Source of the DNA: Tubiluchus corallicola
Taxonomy: Eukaryota; Animalia; Priapulida
Direction: 5' to 3'
Assembly: GCA_030141605.1 (NCBI GenBank)
Contig: JAQGDQ010001296.1
Location: 1-48,966 of the forward strand
Length of the DNA stretch: 48,966 nucleotides
Below, one piece after another: positions 14,352 through 30,231 of this stretch. Below the pieces are notes generated by a model, which was not told the origin of the DNA, searched no databases, and was given only the letters and a program-made list of their open reading frames with translations. Made by a program: the position numbers and the translations under genes. The first letter of the stretch is position 1, and each line of letters begins with the position of its first letter.

Positions 14352-14850
14352 CAGTGGCGGCTCGTAGGTAAAATTAGTGGGGGTGGTGCTTGAGAAAATT
14401 TTTAGCCATTACCTTAATACTTTGTAAAACGAAACCAACACATGTAATTTTATGTTGTAATTTTAAACAAATAAACAGGTGAAAGCTTATTCATAAACTC
14501 GATAAAATCCTAAACAAAAAATATGTTTTGCTGGCTAATAGACAAAAGCCTTATCAAGTTCACGGTAAGCAAGTAAAAACTGACAACAAACTGTGTGATC
14601 GACAGTAATTTCTCTCCCCGGGCTCACGCATGCGCACAACAGCCAAACACCACGTTGCTTGATCTCTAAGTGCACTGTGCTGGGCTGTGAAGCAAACAGT
14701 ACTGCCCTCACGTGCTCTGGTTCAGTACAAATATCAATAAAGAACTAAAGAAAAGAGACTTATTAGATTGAATATTATCGATAATATTGAGTGAAAATTG
14801 GGGGGAAGGGGTGCTGCAGTTCCATTGTACCCATACACGAGGCGCCACTG
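14352..14850. mobile_element. hAT-like MITE
   Basis: TIRs cagtggcggctcgt / acgaggcgccactg; TSD not clean. Confidence 0.6.
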
Positions 14851-14997
14851 CTGTAATCAGATAAAGGCTTGTTTGATCTTACTGAAACATTATAAAAGCA
14901 ACGACTGGAATACTAGAAGGAGTAAAACAGAACAACAACAAAAAATTATGATAGCAATATTACCTAGAAAATGTTTCCTTCTTGCATTTTGTTCTAG

Positions 14998-15134
14998 GAT
15001 CTTACTCGGATATCCTTTTGAAAGTAAAGGTACCAATACACTGCCTTGATGAGTGCGTCAGGCATTTTGGAAATATCATTCGTGGCACAAACATTTGTGC
15101 AGGTGTCTTGGAAGGACATAAAGACTCCTGTGAC
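14998..15134 (+). CDS. Gene A exon 6, including S1 pocket Asp189
   Basis: ttctag| (G)SYSDILLKVKVPIHCLDECVRHFGNIIRGTNICAGVLEGHKDSCD |gtaagt; phase 1 to 0. Confidence 0.95.
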
Positions 15135-15351
15135 GTAAGTTGAGATGAGTTATTTAGGAAACATCCAAAGAAATTCTTGTAACTCTGTTACAGTCCAACT
15201 AAACGCTTGCACCGTTACACTTTAAACGTATTTTAAGAGTAGTTGTATTTTTTTTTGTGTTTTTGTAAACAACGAAAAATGATTAGGATTCGGCACGATA
15301 TCAATACACAAAAGAAATTTCAAAATCAATTTAGTGGTTTACATAAAACAC

Positions 15352-15685
15352 CAGGGGCGGAACTAGGAGGGGCGAAGGGGGCGCCCCCCTGTCAAAATTT
15401 ACCCCCCTGCCAAATTGGAAATATAATATTTCCTGCGTATTATTTTCTTAAAATTTGTGTATGATAAATTTCTGTAAATAACAATTTAGTTAGAGGCACA
15501 TTAATAACGTTAGGTTAACTGAGAGTTAATTTTCTCATTATTGCTTTGTCCGCTATGCCGTCCTACACACACGCTAATTATAGGCCTGCATGCAGTATAA
15601 AAGGGGTTAAAATTGGCTTAACCATTATTTAACCACTTCGGATACCTCGCCCCCCCCCTGCTTGCCACATCTAGTTCCGCCCCTG
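15352..15685. mobile_element. hAT-like MITE with intact ends and TSD
   Basis: Perfect 15 bp TIR caggggcggaactag / ctagttccgcccctg and perfect 8 bp TSD taaaacac. Confidence 0.9.
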
Positions 15686-16590
15686 TAAAACACATAACTG
15701 TTTTACTAATATGATTGATATTTTAAATTTGAAAACGGCTGCTTGTTCTAACCAGGTATCATTAGAAAGTTTGTTTGCATTTTTATGGTTGAAATGGGTG
15801 TTTAAAAAGATTAGCATTCAGGTGTAGAAGAGCAGTAAATGTTTTTTGGAGGAAAAAGTGCTGAAAACGTTTTCAATATTCAACGTTTCTTTGTTATTCT
15901 ACGCTTCTTTCTACATTCTACAAAGAGAAATTTTCAACCTGGAATCCATAAAATTACAACTAACCCTTGTCGCTTGCCCTCAAACAAACCCCAATCGTAT
16001 TGGTAAAAGGGTCATAATAGCTGATCAGTCAAGTGTATCCTCTTTTGGGGTTTTTTCTTTCTTGTTTTAATTTTCTTGCTAAAAGTGCAACATCTATGAC
16101 CACTGACTCCAGTGCAACATCTATGACCACTGACTTTTCTGTCTGTTTTCTTTTTCGTTGTTGTAAAGTCGTTTTCTCCAAAATGTTCATAATGTTTCCT
16201 AGAGCTATTTGTTCTTCTACAGAACTGCACACGAATAAAAACTGCTCAATGAATAGTAATTCTACTACTGTTCATTAAGTTTCATAAAAAGTAGATACAA
16301 AGAATTATCACTGTCTTTTGACTACTTTTTTCAAGACTACTGCACACCCTTACTAATTACCACCATTGTGATTTGTATTATAACCTGGCATGAAATTATG
16401 TTACATAATTATATTATATCTCTATATTATATATAATATATAATATAATATTATAACATTATTATGTTATATCTCCATTGGTAACAGCGAGTTGCGTTAT
16501 CAATGACACTTTAGCTGCTACTAAGGTAAAAAAGATATATTTGTGTTCCTGTTTTGATCTTTTAGAAGGTAGAAATCTTCTTAGACGATC

Positions 16591-17551
16591 TATAGGTTTT
16601 GCATGTCAAATGTAGATTTAGGTAATTCAAATGTGTCTTGGTAACTCATATGTAGACTTAGGTAGTTCAAATGTGTTAACAATGGTTTTTCTAGAAATCT
16701 TAAGCGTTTTTGGTACGTCAAATGTAGACACATGTCAAGTCAAATGTGACATCGGTATCTCAAATGTGGACAGATGGTAAAGCTTAAGGAAGCTTTACAA
16801 ACCATTGGAACTATTAGAGAAAACAATACATTCTTAAAATAAACAATGTTTCTTGAGAGAAACTAATTCATTAATGCAGTGCTAATGTATTACTTATAAA
16901 ACTAATTAGTGATTCTGCCGACATTATAGTTTATCAAAGAATTCAGTATGAGAATAAACAACGCATTTTTCAAAGTTATGAAAGAGGTGATGACTATCAT
17001 TGGTTAATCTTTTTGTAATTTGCACTGAAATGAGTTAATTACCGATTTATTCAAAGTACCGCATCTACAGTTGACTTACCTAAGCCAAATTTGAGTTACC
17101 AAAACACATTCGAATTTCCTATATCTACATTTGACTTACCTAAGTCACATTTGAGTTACCAAAACACACTTGAAATTCCTATATCTACATTTGACTTACC
17201 TAAGTCACATTTGAGTTACCAAAACCCATTCGAAATTCCTATATCTACATTTGACTTACCTAAGTCACATTTGAGTTACCAAAACACACTTGAAATTCCT
17301 ATATCTACATTTGACTTACCTAAGTCACATTTGAGTTACCAAAACACATTCGAATTTCCTATATCTACATTTGACTTACCTAAGTCACATTTGAGTTACC
17401 AAAACACATTCGAATTTCCTATATCTACATTTGACTTACCTAAGTCACATTTGAGTTACCAAAACACATTCGAAATTTCTATGTCTACATTTGACTTACC
17501 TAAGTCACATTTGAATTTTCCTGTGTCTACATTTGACGTGTAAAACCTATA
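16591..17551. mobile_element. Foldback-like element with modular inverted subterminal repeats; right arm is a 60 bp tandem array (about 17064-17540)
   Basis: Ends tataggttttgcatgtcaaatgtaga / tctacatttgacgtgtaaaacctata; caaatgt(a/g)g modules on the left, inverted on the right. Confidence 0.7.
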
Positions 17552-17619
17552 AATTCGCCGAATTGTCTTATGGGATAAGTCACATCACAAATGTTTTTCT
17601 CAAACTTTCCTTCTTCTAG

Positions 17620-21220
<3,601 letters not shown>

Positions 21221-21307
21221 TTAATCTCTATTAAACAACAAACAAAAGCTAATTAACCCTTATCCTCCAGCATATTGATCCGGTTAACTTTTTTATTATT
21301 TCTGCAG

Positions 21308-21338
21308 CATTTGCTTGTTTTATGCTTGTAAATACTAA
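21308..21338 (+). CDS. Gene A candidate terminal exon 8a, completing a hydrophobic GPI-signal-like tail
   Basis: Acceptor ttttattatttctgcag; phase 2 join gives ...[19 protein letters not shown]. Confidence 0.55.
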
Positions 21339-21725
21339 TACAGAATTTGAATGATTGCCTGGTTTTCATAAGAGAACCATGTTTCTGTACAGTAAACTGA
21401 CGATTTCTTTTAACTAAGTATCAGTATTATTATTATCTTCTAAGACAACCGTAGATTAGAGTTACGGCAGCAGCAAATTTACGTTTGTTTATAGCGTTTA
21501 TAGGAACTATATATATAGCTTATATAGCAAAAAAAGCGTTTATTATATTATATAGAACGTTGGCAGGAAAAGGTTAAGCATACAGAGATATTGCTGATCA
21601 AACAGTCCGTTACAGACAACCAAACGTTTCAATAATTTTTACTAATATAACTTACTGTGACATCAAGCATCACTTTGTAGTTCTATATCTTAATACTCTA
21701 AGATCTAAACATTTGTTTTCTCTAG

Positions 21726-21999
21726 ATACCTCAATTGGACAAACCAAACAACAATAACAACATCAACAACAAAAACAACATTAACAACAACAACAACAAC
21801 AACAACAAGATCAAAAGAAAGGTCGAAAGAATCCAATGGCCAGGTTTGGGGTGTAGTAGCCAGCGGTTCACCTGCTGCTGACATGACAGCAAAATTTGGT
21901 AAAGCGCCCAGCGATGATGCGATTCTGCTTAGCACCTCAGTTTCAATTCTGTTTAGTAAAATGCCACTTCTGCTTGGCATCACCATCTTACTCAGGTAA
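21726..21999 (+). CDS. Gene A candidate alternative exon, paralogous to the 3' half of exon 7 (Thr-rich stalk plus hydrophobic tail)
   Basis: Acceptor tttgttttctctag; open frame YLNWTNQTTITTSTTKTTLTTTTTTTTRSKE...AILLSTSVSILFSKMPLLLGITILLR*; resembles YLDWVNKTT...STSVS...TLLG*. Confidence 0.6.
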
Positions 22000-22084
22000 A
22001 CTTCATAGTTACTTCTACAGGTTTGTGCAGTTTTTATAACAAACAGTATGTATGTTTCTCTTTGTTTTACTAGAGATGGTTTAA

Positions 22085-22527
22085 CCCTTTCATACCCGTT
22101 GTATCCCGTGGGATACGAGAATATTTTCTGCCTTTAAAATTAATAAAATTTTGAAACTGACAGTTATTTGATCTGTTAATAGTTATTTTGGTTTTAGCCA
22201 ATAACAATGGACTAAAAGGGTGATAAAATGGCAAACTAGAAAATCTACATAGCATAAAAAACTACGCAAGGTACAGTACTTTAGAGACGACTTTGTACAG
22301 ATCAGCATAGCGTGCATACTAAATGTCTTAAATACTTTAAAAAATATCAGCAGTTACAGAATGAAGCAAATTTTTTGCTTTTGTTGTGTGTGTTTTTAAA
22401 AAAGTCGGATTTTGTTTTTTTGCACATGACAAAGAATGTTGTGTAACCCACAGGATATATTGGGAACAAAAGTATCAAGCCAAAAATTGTTTTTCTTTTT
22501 AAAAAAATAATTTTGGGACTGAAAGGG
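22085..22527 (+). mobile_element. piggyBac-like MITE, copy 1
   Basis: TTAA|ccctttca...tgaaaggg|TTAA; homologous copy at 37575. Confidence 0.88.
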
Positions 22528-23309
22528 TTAAAGTCAAGAATTTTCTTAGCGTGATAACTGAATGAAGTTATAATATCATCAGTCTATTGTAAACAGCGCT
22601 TCTAGCAGTTTTTTTACTTGAAACTGCTTATTGTGTGTTTCTGTAGTATCTATAGGCGGGTCTATGTGAGAAACTGCTGCTATTCATTCCTCTCTGACAA
22701 TGACAAAATGTTTGATGATATGAGTTAGATATACAATATCAACAACAGCTATTTTCAAAGAAACATAAGAAATCCCAGTTTCAAGGCAAGCCATTTGAGA
22801 AGAAAGCTGAATAACACAGCTGCAAGAGCTGCTTGAGTGGTGCTACTGTGCTGCTTGTTCAATCAACATGATTTTGGTCAGATATCTAGCTAACATCCAG
22901 CTCCACCTGTCGTTCAAATATCTAAACTTAGTGATATAAATTACGACATTTTAGCTAATATCTATTTTTGGGAAATTTGATCTCAAATGAAATGCAACAG
23001 CAAAGGCAGCCATGGCCATCCAATCAAATCATTTTATTTAATGTTTGAAAATCGAATCAAAACAGGATGACCTACATGGTCGCGTGGCAACTTTTGATGC
23101 CTGTCTTTTAAACTTTCGAAACGTGACATTACTACGTGAATAAATTATTTGTAATTAAATTCTCAGGCAATAATTCATAAAATAAGCAGAACTGAATAAC
23201 ATTAGCCAAACCATTATTATATATTTAAAGTAGGTTTTTTTTGGATGAACGATTAACATAAGCTTCAAGGATCTTTGGACGACTGTAAATAACAACGTAC
23301 AACTACATA

Positions 23310-23455
23310 ACAGAGACTAATCTTACCCCACTTTTACCCTTAATACCAGGCGCCAGGCAGGGCAACAGCAGGTACTATTTTTAAAGTCTTTGGTATGACC
23401 CGGCCGCTGTATCGAACTCACGACCTGCCAGACGGAAAGCGGGCGCGTTATCAGA
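23310..23455 (-). mobile_element. tRNA-derived SINE fragment
   Basis: Minus strand B-box-like gagttcgatac followed by ccgggtcataccaaagactttaaaaatagtacc, which I recall as a conserved SINE core (possibly Meta/MESC type; unverified). Confidence 0.6.
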
Positions 23456-23763
23456 ACGTGTGGTTAAACGACCAGCTTAGAAGAAAAGGTTAGAAAGTGG
23501 TTCTGACTCTGTAGTGTATTAAAGAATTATAAGCCACTATTAAAAAGCATAGTCAGTACACTTACTCGTTAGCATTCTTTTCAAATCAAGAATTTTATAC
23601 AAGAACCATGTACAGCAAAATACAGGAAAACAGAAACCTTCTTTAGCAAGTTTATTCAAATCTGTTTGTTAATGCACTTTGGTACCAAAAGAAGTCAGTG
23701 TTGTCAGAAACTAAAATAAGCTAAGTAATATCCTTCAACGCACAGGTGACTAAAATCGGAATA

Positions 23764-24221
23764 AGACTATGTGCGGGAAATGCGTAAAACGTAATGCGTA
23801 ATACGTGTTGCGCACTCAGACGATAGCCATCAGATTCGAGTAAATGCGTATCACGCATGACGCATTAGGGATTGCGTACACATGGAAACACTTCCTAGTG
23901 TTTAAATATAAACTGTTGTATACTCATCACGCATTACGCATCAGGGATTACGTTTTGCGTACACATGGAAACATTTCCTCGTGTTTAAATGTAAACTGTT
24001 GTATACTCATCACACATTACGCATTAGGGATTACGTTTTGCGTACACATGGAAACATTTCCTCGTGTTTAAATGTAAACTGTTGTATACTCATCACGCAT
24101 TACGCATTAGGGATTACGTTTTGCGTACACATGGAAACAGTTCCTCGTGTTTAAACGTAAACTGTTGTATACTCATTACGCGTTACGGATTACGCATTAC
24201 GCCTTACACGCACATGAGAGT
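23764..24221. repeat. 83 bp tandem repeat (about 4 copies) between inverted gcgtaa/ttacgc-rich ends; probable non-autonomous DNA element
   Basis: acacatggaa at 23878, 23961, 24044, 24127; ends atgtgcg...gcgtaa versus ttacgc...cgcacat. Confidence 0.7.
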
Positions 24222-25105
24222 CGAGTCGTATTTAAGACTTACTGGTAAGATTTACGTGTAAGAACAATCTTTTTTGGAATGGCGTATATTACAAAATTTG
24301 TAAGATAATGTTTAGGCTATAATTAGTGATCAGGCACTATAACTACTGACAACATTACGGCTACATTTAGTAATTTACTATCGATAGAATCATGTTTTAA
24401 CATTTAACATGTTGTGAAATAGTTAATTTATTTCTTGAATTCGAAATGATGTTCGGCTGGTGTTCAACAATTTTTGACATTTTGATTTTTTTGTTGCAGT
24501 ATTTTAGGAAGACAATACCAGTAATTTTTCCTGGAACTCAACTTTAAATATCCCACTAAAGCGTCTCACACATGGAAAACTGGAGGATTTCGTTTAAGCC
24601 AATTCATAGTGAAAATATACATATTAGGCATCGTTCACAAGACCCTAATTTCACAACATTTTTGGCATTTTTTCTGCGTGCGTCGTTTACTAAACTTTCT
24701 ACGTAAAGAATGTATTGCGATAAGTGGATGAACGCATTAAAATAGATTTTTTTTAATAATAAATAAATAATGATTTTGAATTTTGCGTTAACTGTTTTTT
24801 AAGCATGATAATTTATATAAGTCCTTTTCGTATAAAATCTAGGCTTTTTGAAGGATTCAAGCTTAGGTTTGCTCCACCCAGCATGAATCCAGAGTCTGCT
24901 GTCAATCAGATGCGGATGCTGTCAGTCCTTATCATATTAAATCTAGGCGTTTTGGAGGTTTCAAGCTTAGGTTTGCTCCACCCAGCATGGATCCAGAGTC
25001 TGCTGTCAATCAGATGCAGATGCTATCCTCGGGAATCAGGAGACTTTGATTACACCCCGGATTGCTGTTGAACTTGACAAATTAATGGGGATGTTTGAAT
25101 GTGTG

Positions 25106-25304
25106 CAGGGCCTCTTTCAGCCTAAGCTAGGCTCAGGGAAATGGGGCGTGTGAAGCCCCCTCGGGGGGGGGGGTGCCACCATGGTTGGCGCCGAGAAAAT
25201 TTTTGAACTGCTAGAACGCCGTAGAAGCAAAAAATGTTACCCTGGCGCGAGGCCCCCTGGAGGGTGAGGCCCCGGGGAAGTATCCCCCCATGAAATGGGC
25301 CCTG
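25106..25304 (+). mobile_element. hAT-like MITE, family 1 copy 3
   Basis: TIRs cagggcctctttca / tgaaatgggccctg; 8 bp TSD aatgtgtg / aacgtgtg. Confidence 0.85.
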
Positions 25305-25603
25305 AACGTGTGGACGAGGTGAAGTCTAAACTGTGTGGCCTGAAAAAGAAGAATAACTTAGTTTATGTACTGACTATTAGACTACTAACATCGCCTTTTA
25401 ACGCTTATGTGCACTAAGTTCATTCAGCGACAAAAAAGTTATTCTTTCATTCTTGCCTTCTGTAGTTATATTACCTACTAGTGCATGCTGCGCAGTAGTG
25501 ACTACGGCTAACACTGTATCTCGACACTAAGCGAAGGAACTGCACAAGCAACCAACGGCTGGAGGGGGGAGGAGGTCATGTGACCCAACGGCCATGTGTA
25601 ATC

Positions 25604-26235
25604 GTTTAATGCTAATCTTACTGGTATTGTTTCTGGCAATCTCATTAAATGTCCTACCCATCTTAGTCTTCTGATTCTGATTTTAGTGCTCCAATGTTTA
25701 ATGCTAATCTTACTGGTGTTGTTTCTGGGAATCTCATTAAATGTCCTACCCATCTTAGTCTTCTGATTCTGATTTTAGTGCTCCAATGTTTAATGCTAAT
25801 CTTACTGGTGTTGTTTCTGGGAATCTCATTAAATGTCCTACCCATCTTAGTCTTCTGATTCTGATTTTAGTGCTCCAATGTTTAATGCTAATCTTACTGG
25901 TGTTGTTTCTGGCAATCTCATTAAATGTCCTACCCATCTTAATCTTCTGATTCGGATTTTAGTGCTCCAACGTTTAATGCTAATCTTACTGGTGTTGTTT
26001 CTGGCAATCTCATTAAATGTCCTACCCATCTTAGTCTTCTGATTCTGATTTTAGTGCTCCAACGTTTAATGCTAATCTTACTGGTGTTGTTTCTGGCAAT
26101 CTAATTAAATGTCCTACCCATCTTAGTCTTCTGATTCTGATTTTAGTGCTCCAATGTTCTTTTTTGATTCTGTTATACATCTGTTCATTTGACATGATAA
26201 ATGGCCATTTTATTTTTAAGATTTTCCTGAGTTAT
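25604..26235 (-). mobile_element. RTE-like LINE ORF fragment amplified as a 92 bp tandem repeat (about 6 copies)
   Basis: Each unit translates WSTKIRIRRLRWVGHLMRLPETTPVRLALN, like the post-RT 'RRLRW-GH--R' motif of RTE-clade LINEs. Confidence 0.75.
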
Positions 26236-27039
26236 ACTAGTAAGTGAGCAGATATACTAATAAATGAACGCATTATTAGTTTCTATAGCGACTGATTACG
26301 CTAATAATGCGCATGCGCGTTATGCAACTTTGCACGTAATTTGTTATTCGTAGTATGGAATTAAAAGAACGCACGCGCAAAAGGAACATTTTACAATCAG
26401 CGAACAAAGAAATTAATAGAACGAATTGAATCTTGTCTGATTAGCTTTGCGTTTTATACAGTTTTCTAAAGAAAACACAACCTGGTGAGCATCGTTTTCA
26501 GTAAGTACATTAAAAATAATTATTTCATAAAAAATAAACTAACTTTTTAGCACATTAAATATGACGTAACATTTAACGAAGTTAGGCATAACAGCAGGCA
26601 GTTTGGATACCTGATTGTCCTATTGGTGTTTATTTTTACCCTGATAAATGCAACACGATATGAACTCGGCCTCCTCGTGAAATCCGACACAATCTGAAAA
26701 TAGCTGACTAACTGACCAGCTGATGTACCAATTTGTTACAATACTAATTAATGTCAATTTTTATTATAGGCACTTCAAAACATTTATAGTTAAAAACAAC
26801 ACAACTTTATTAAAACTTTTACATTAAAAAGTGAAAATCATGCCAAAGGTTTAGTAGAACTGGCAAAAAATTCTGCTCAGTCGATTAAAGGAAGACAAGA
26901 TGATTATTTAGACTCAATCTCATTTTAATTTGCTGTCCAAAATATACATTTTCTTGCCTATAAATGTTAGAAATTGTTCCCTTAATTTTTGAATAATTAG
27001 CTTAGAAAGTTAATTAACGGTAACCGAATACAGCTATTG

Positions 27040-27316
27040 CTAACGTCAGAAACTAACCACTGTTTGTGCAATGGCAGGCGTTTTCCTTAACGTTACGTTA
27101 AGTAACTGTTACTGTTTAAACGCATGATGTCACGAAAAATAAACTCTACGTCATATGACGTCAGAAACTAACACTGTAGTTCATGATCATTGTTATCAGG
27201 GTGCCGCCTTCTATTTGTTGGCCAAGCGCATGTGTTAAAAAAGTGCTGTTTCCGTTGTCGTAGATTCACTGAGCCGCGCGTAGCTTTGAAAGTTTAACGA
27301 AATTTCAGTATCCGAG
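27040..27316 (+). promoter_or_regulatory. Possible promoter and non-coding first exon of gene B
   Basis: Palindromic CRE tgacgtca at 27156-27163, duplicated acgtcagaaactaac, donor-like ccgag|gtaatt at 27317; acceptor ttttccag just upstream of ATG 29288. Confidence 0.25.
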
Positions 27317-28231
27317 GTAATTATTATTTAATCTAAGCTTTAATTTAAAATAAGCTATTGTAGTTTTCAATATTTTACGGCATTCTTTATTCTGAACTCG
27401 TGTTTACACAATCATCCGGTTTTCCTTTAATGACCACATTTGTGCCCGTGGCCACAAAGCTGATATTAGTAATTTCACATAAAAGGGACTTACTAATAAA
27501 AGAAAGGTTATCTATGAACCACAATAAGCCTTCTCTTAATATACAAAGCAGTTCAATTCATTAAACTTTATTTTCGTCAGGTCTGCTTAATCCTAATTAC
27601 CTATTTGGCTTTTTGTAAATACATGTTTAGGGTACCAATTTCTTTACTGGTCTGTTTATTCATTACCTGTTTGGCTTCTGTTAACGCCTTAATGAGTTAA
27701 TATAGTTTGTGATTGCAAAGGCAGCAAAATTAGTATTTGATTACATTTTTTTAATCAATTGTAATCGTAATCGGGCTCAGGTCTGCATCGAATTCAAGTT
27801 TTTTTTGTCAGAAGAATAGTGTATTTTTTAGTTTTATTTAGCTTTAATAATCTTGCCTAGTTATTTTCGTTATTAATACGGGTAAGCATATTTTAATTTT
27901 CAATTAACAGTGAGTAGCAATTACAAATCACATTACAAGTAGAAAATTAAACATGGTTGGTTTTTTCTGGATTGTTCCCAAATATTTGCGCTGTTTGGTG
28001 TCAGTGTGCATGCTAAGCTGTTCCTATTACTAGATTATATAGTCCATTGTTTCCCGAAATCCCCGTGTTAGACACTGTACTGTATTGGACCTGTTATTAA
28101 AATTTTAAATTATTAACCTTTATTATGTTATTAACGCTTTTAGTCATGTGTCTTGTGTATTATTCTCGTATCCAAAAAACAGAATGAGCTCAGAGCTTAT
28201 TGTCATTATCAGTGCCTTATTTTCACAGACT

Positions 28232-28272
<41 letters not shown>

Positions 28273-28770
28273 AAATCTTTATTTGCCATTTTAAAAACAT
28301 TGACCATCATAATAAAAGACAGACAATCAGTGTTAGTTCATATAAAAACATACACTGTTCTGGGCAAATGCGTCTGGTGCAAGCTAAACTATAAGTGCAA
28401 CTAGAAATTCAAAAAATAAAATATAAACTAATTTAGTACGGTCTAGGAAAAACGAAATTATGATTTGAGTAAGTATCATCGTGTTCGTATGTCGGATATT
28501 CAAAACGAGTCATTAAACGTTTTTTAATTTAGACTTGAATAATGTTAAAGAGCTGCTGTGTTTTAGTGATGTCGGTAATGAATTCCAAAGTTGTATAGCT
28601 TGTTTAGTAATGGAATTCTTTCCATATTGGTTGTTCGTTCTAATGTTTCTTAAATTTAGTGTTCTGTTATTCATACTGGGGTTTTTAAGAAGTGGGAGCT
28701 TATTGTTTTTGAAGGGAGGTGGCCTGAACAGGAGCAGGCCTGAACTTTTATGTAAATTAAACATACACTG
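28232..28770 (-). mobile_element. 3' end of a CR1/L2-like LINE with a (TAC)n tail
   Basis: Minus-strand ...YGKNSITKQAIQLWNSLPTSLKHSSSLTLFKSKLK, typical CR1/L2 ORF2 C-terminus; (TAG)n run 28232-28271. Confidence 0.75.
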
Positions 28771-29287
28771 TTTTCGTTTCCTCTCCTCCCTTCCTTCTTC
28801 CTATCTCTATTCTTACTCTTTTTTTCATTCCATCATGTCTACTAACCCTAACCATTCTTTCACTCACTCGTTAGTGCCACCTTAAGAAGCCAAGCTTTCA
28901 AAGTGTCATGCAGCAGTTCTTTGATATGGGTAATTTAACTTCATCAGTGTTTTTTTACCTATACTGTTTTTTTTCAATCATATTTTATGTTGAAGTATTG
29001 CGTATGTATTCTGGAGGAAGATAAATTGATTGACTGATTGATTGGACTTTATTATAGTTCTCATCCGTAATCTGTCTTTGGTTTGGCTGATGCATAAGTT
29101 AACTGCATAAACTGAATGTATATGTAAACTATATAAACTGGAATATGTTTGCAAATTTACCACTGAGGTGGCAGCACCAGCTAGTCGAAACGTTTGACAT
29201 GGTTTTAACTTTCTAATGTAAAAGTTGGGATGTTTTTAGCTAATTGTTGTTTTTCCAGGATTTTTCCCATTGTTTAGGGATTGACGA

Positions 29288-29462
29288 ATGTTATCAGTAA
29301 CAATGATGTCTTCAGTTGTTATTTATCTCACATTGATCTACGTCACGTGGTTTGAATTTGCCGTTTGTCAAAATTTATTTCGAAACACAAGCCGGCCAAT
29401 GGTGGATATAGATATGACAAATGCACAGCTGCTGAGGACAGGACCACCAAAGGCTTATGAAG
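29288..29462 (+). CDS. Gene B (Ig-domain S1A serine protease) coding exon 1: signal peptide
   Basis: MLSVTMMSSVVIYLTLIYVTWFEFAVC-QNLFRNTS...PPKAYE; donor gaag|gtatca; phase 1 matches the Ig exon. Confidence 0.7.
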
Positions 29463-29557
29463 GTATCAACAAACTAGAAGCATTAAAATAATAATAATCA
29501 ATAAACAAGAAAAAAGAAAACTGGAGATGAAAAGACTGTGACGTTCAAATGTGACGT

Positions 29558-30063
29558 TCCCCTTTCAGGAAGCCGTCCAATCATGCTATTTGCTTAAGCA
29601 TTTGAAAGTTATTTAATTGGATAAAATCAAGAAAAACATTCCCCTTTCAGGAAGCCATCCAATCATACTATTTGCTTAAGCATTTGTAAGTTATTTAATT
29701 GGATAAAATCAAGAAAAACATGCCCCTTTCAGGCAGATATCCAATCATGCTATTTGCTTAAGCATTTGTAAGTTATTTAATTGGATAAAATCAAGAAAAA
29801 CATGCCCTTTTCAAGCAGCCATCCAATCATGCTATTTTCTTAAGCAATTGTAAGTTATTTAAATGGATAAAATCAAGAAAAACATGCCACTTTCAGGCAG
29901 CTATCCAATCATGCTATTTGCTTAAGCATTTGTAAGTTATTTAATTGGATAAAATCAAGAAAAACATTCCCCTTTCAGGAAGCCATCCAATCATACTATT
30001 TGCTTAAGCATTTGTAAGTTATTTAATTGGATAAAATTAAGAAAAACATGCTCTTTTCAGGCA
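29558..30063. repeat. 82 bp tandem repeat, about 6 copies
   Basis: ccaatcat recurs at 29577, 29659, 29741 and onward. Confidence 0.92.
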
Positions 30064-30231
30064 CTCCAACTTAGCCTAGTAAGTAGTCCTAGCTGGTTTG
30101 GGTTCTCCTACTACTCCAGGAAGAACAACCGATCATCCAAAGAGAAATTAAGGTCGTTTCATCATTTAACAACAATTTCTCCTTAAAAAGATTAAACTTG
30201 AGGCTAAAGTGTATCAGTATGTTGTGTTTGA

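Noticed and set aside
17091-17543. 150 aa repetitive ORF
   Set aside because: Translation of the 60 bp repeat in a foldback arm inside an intron.
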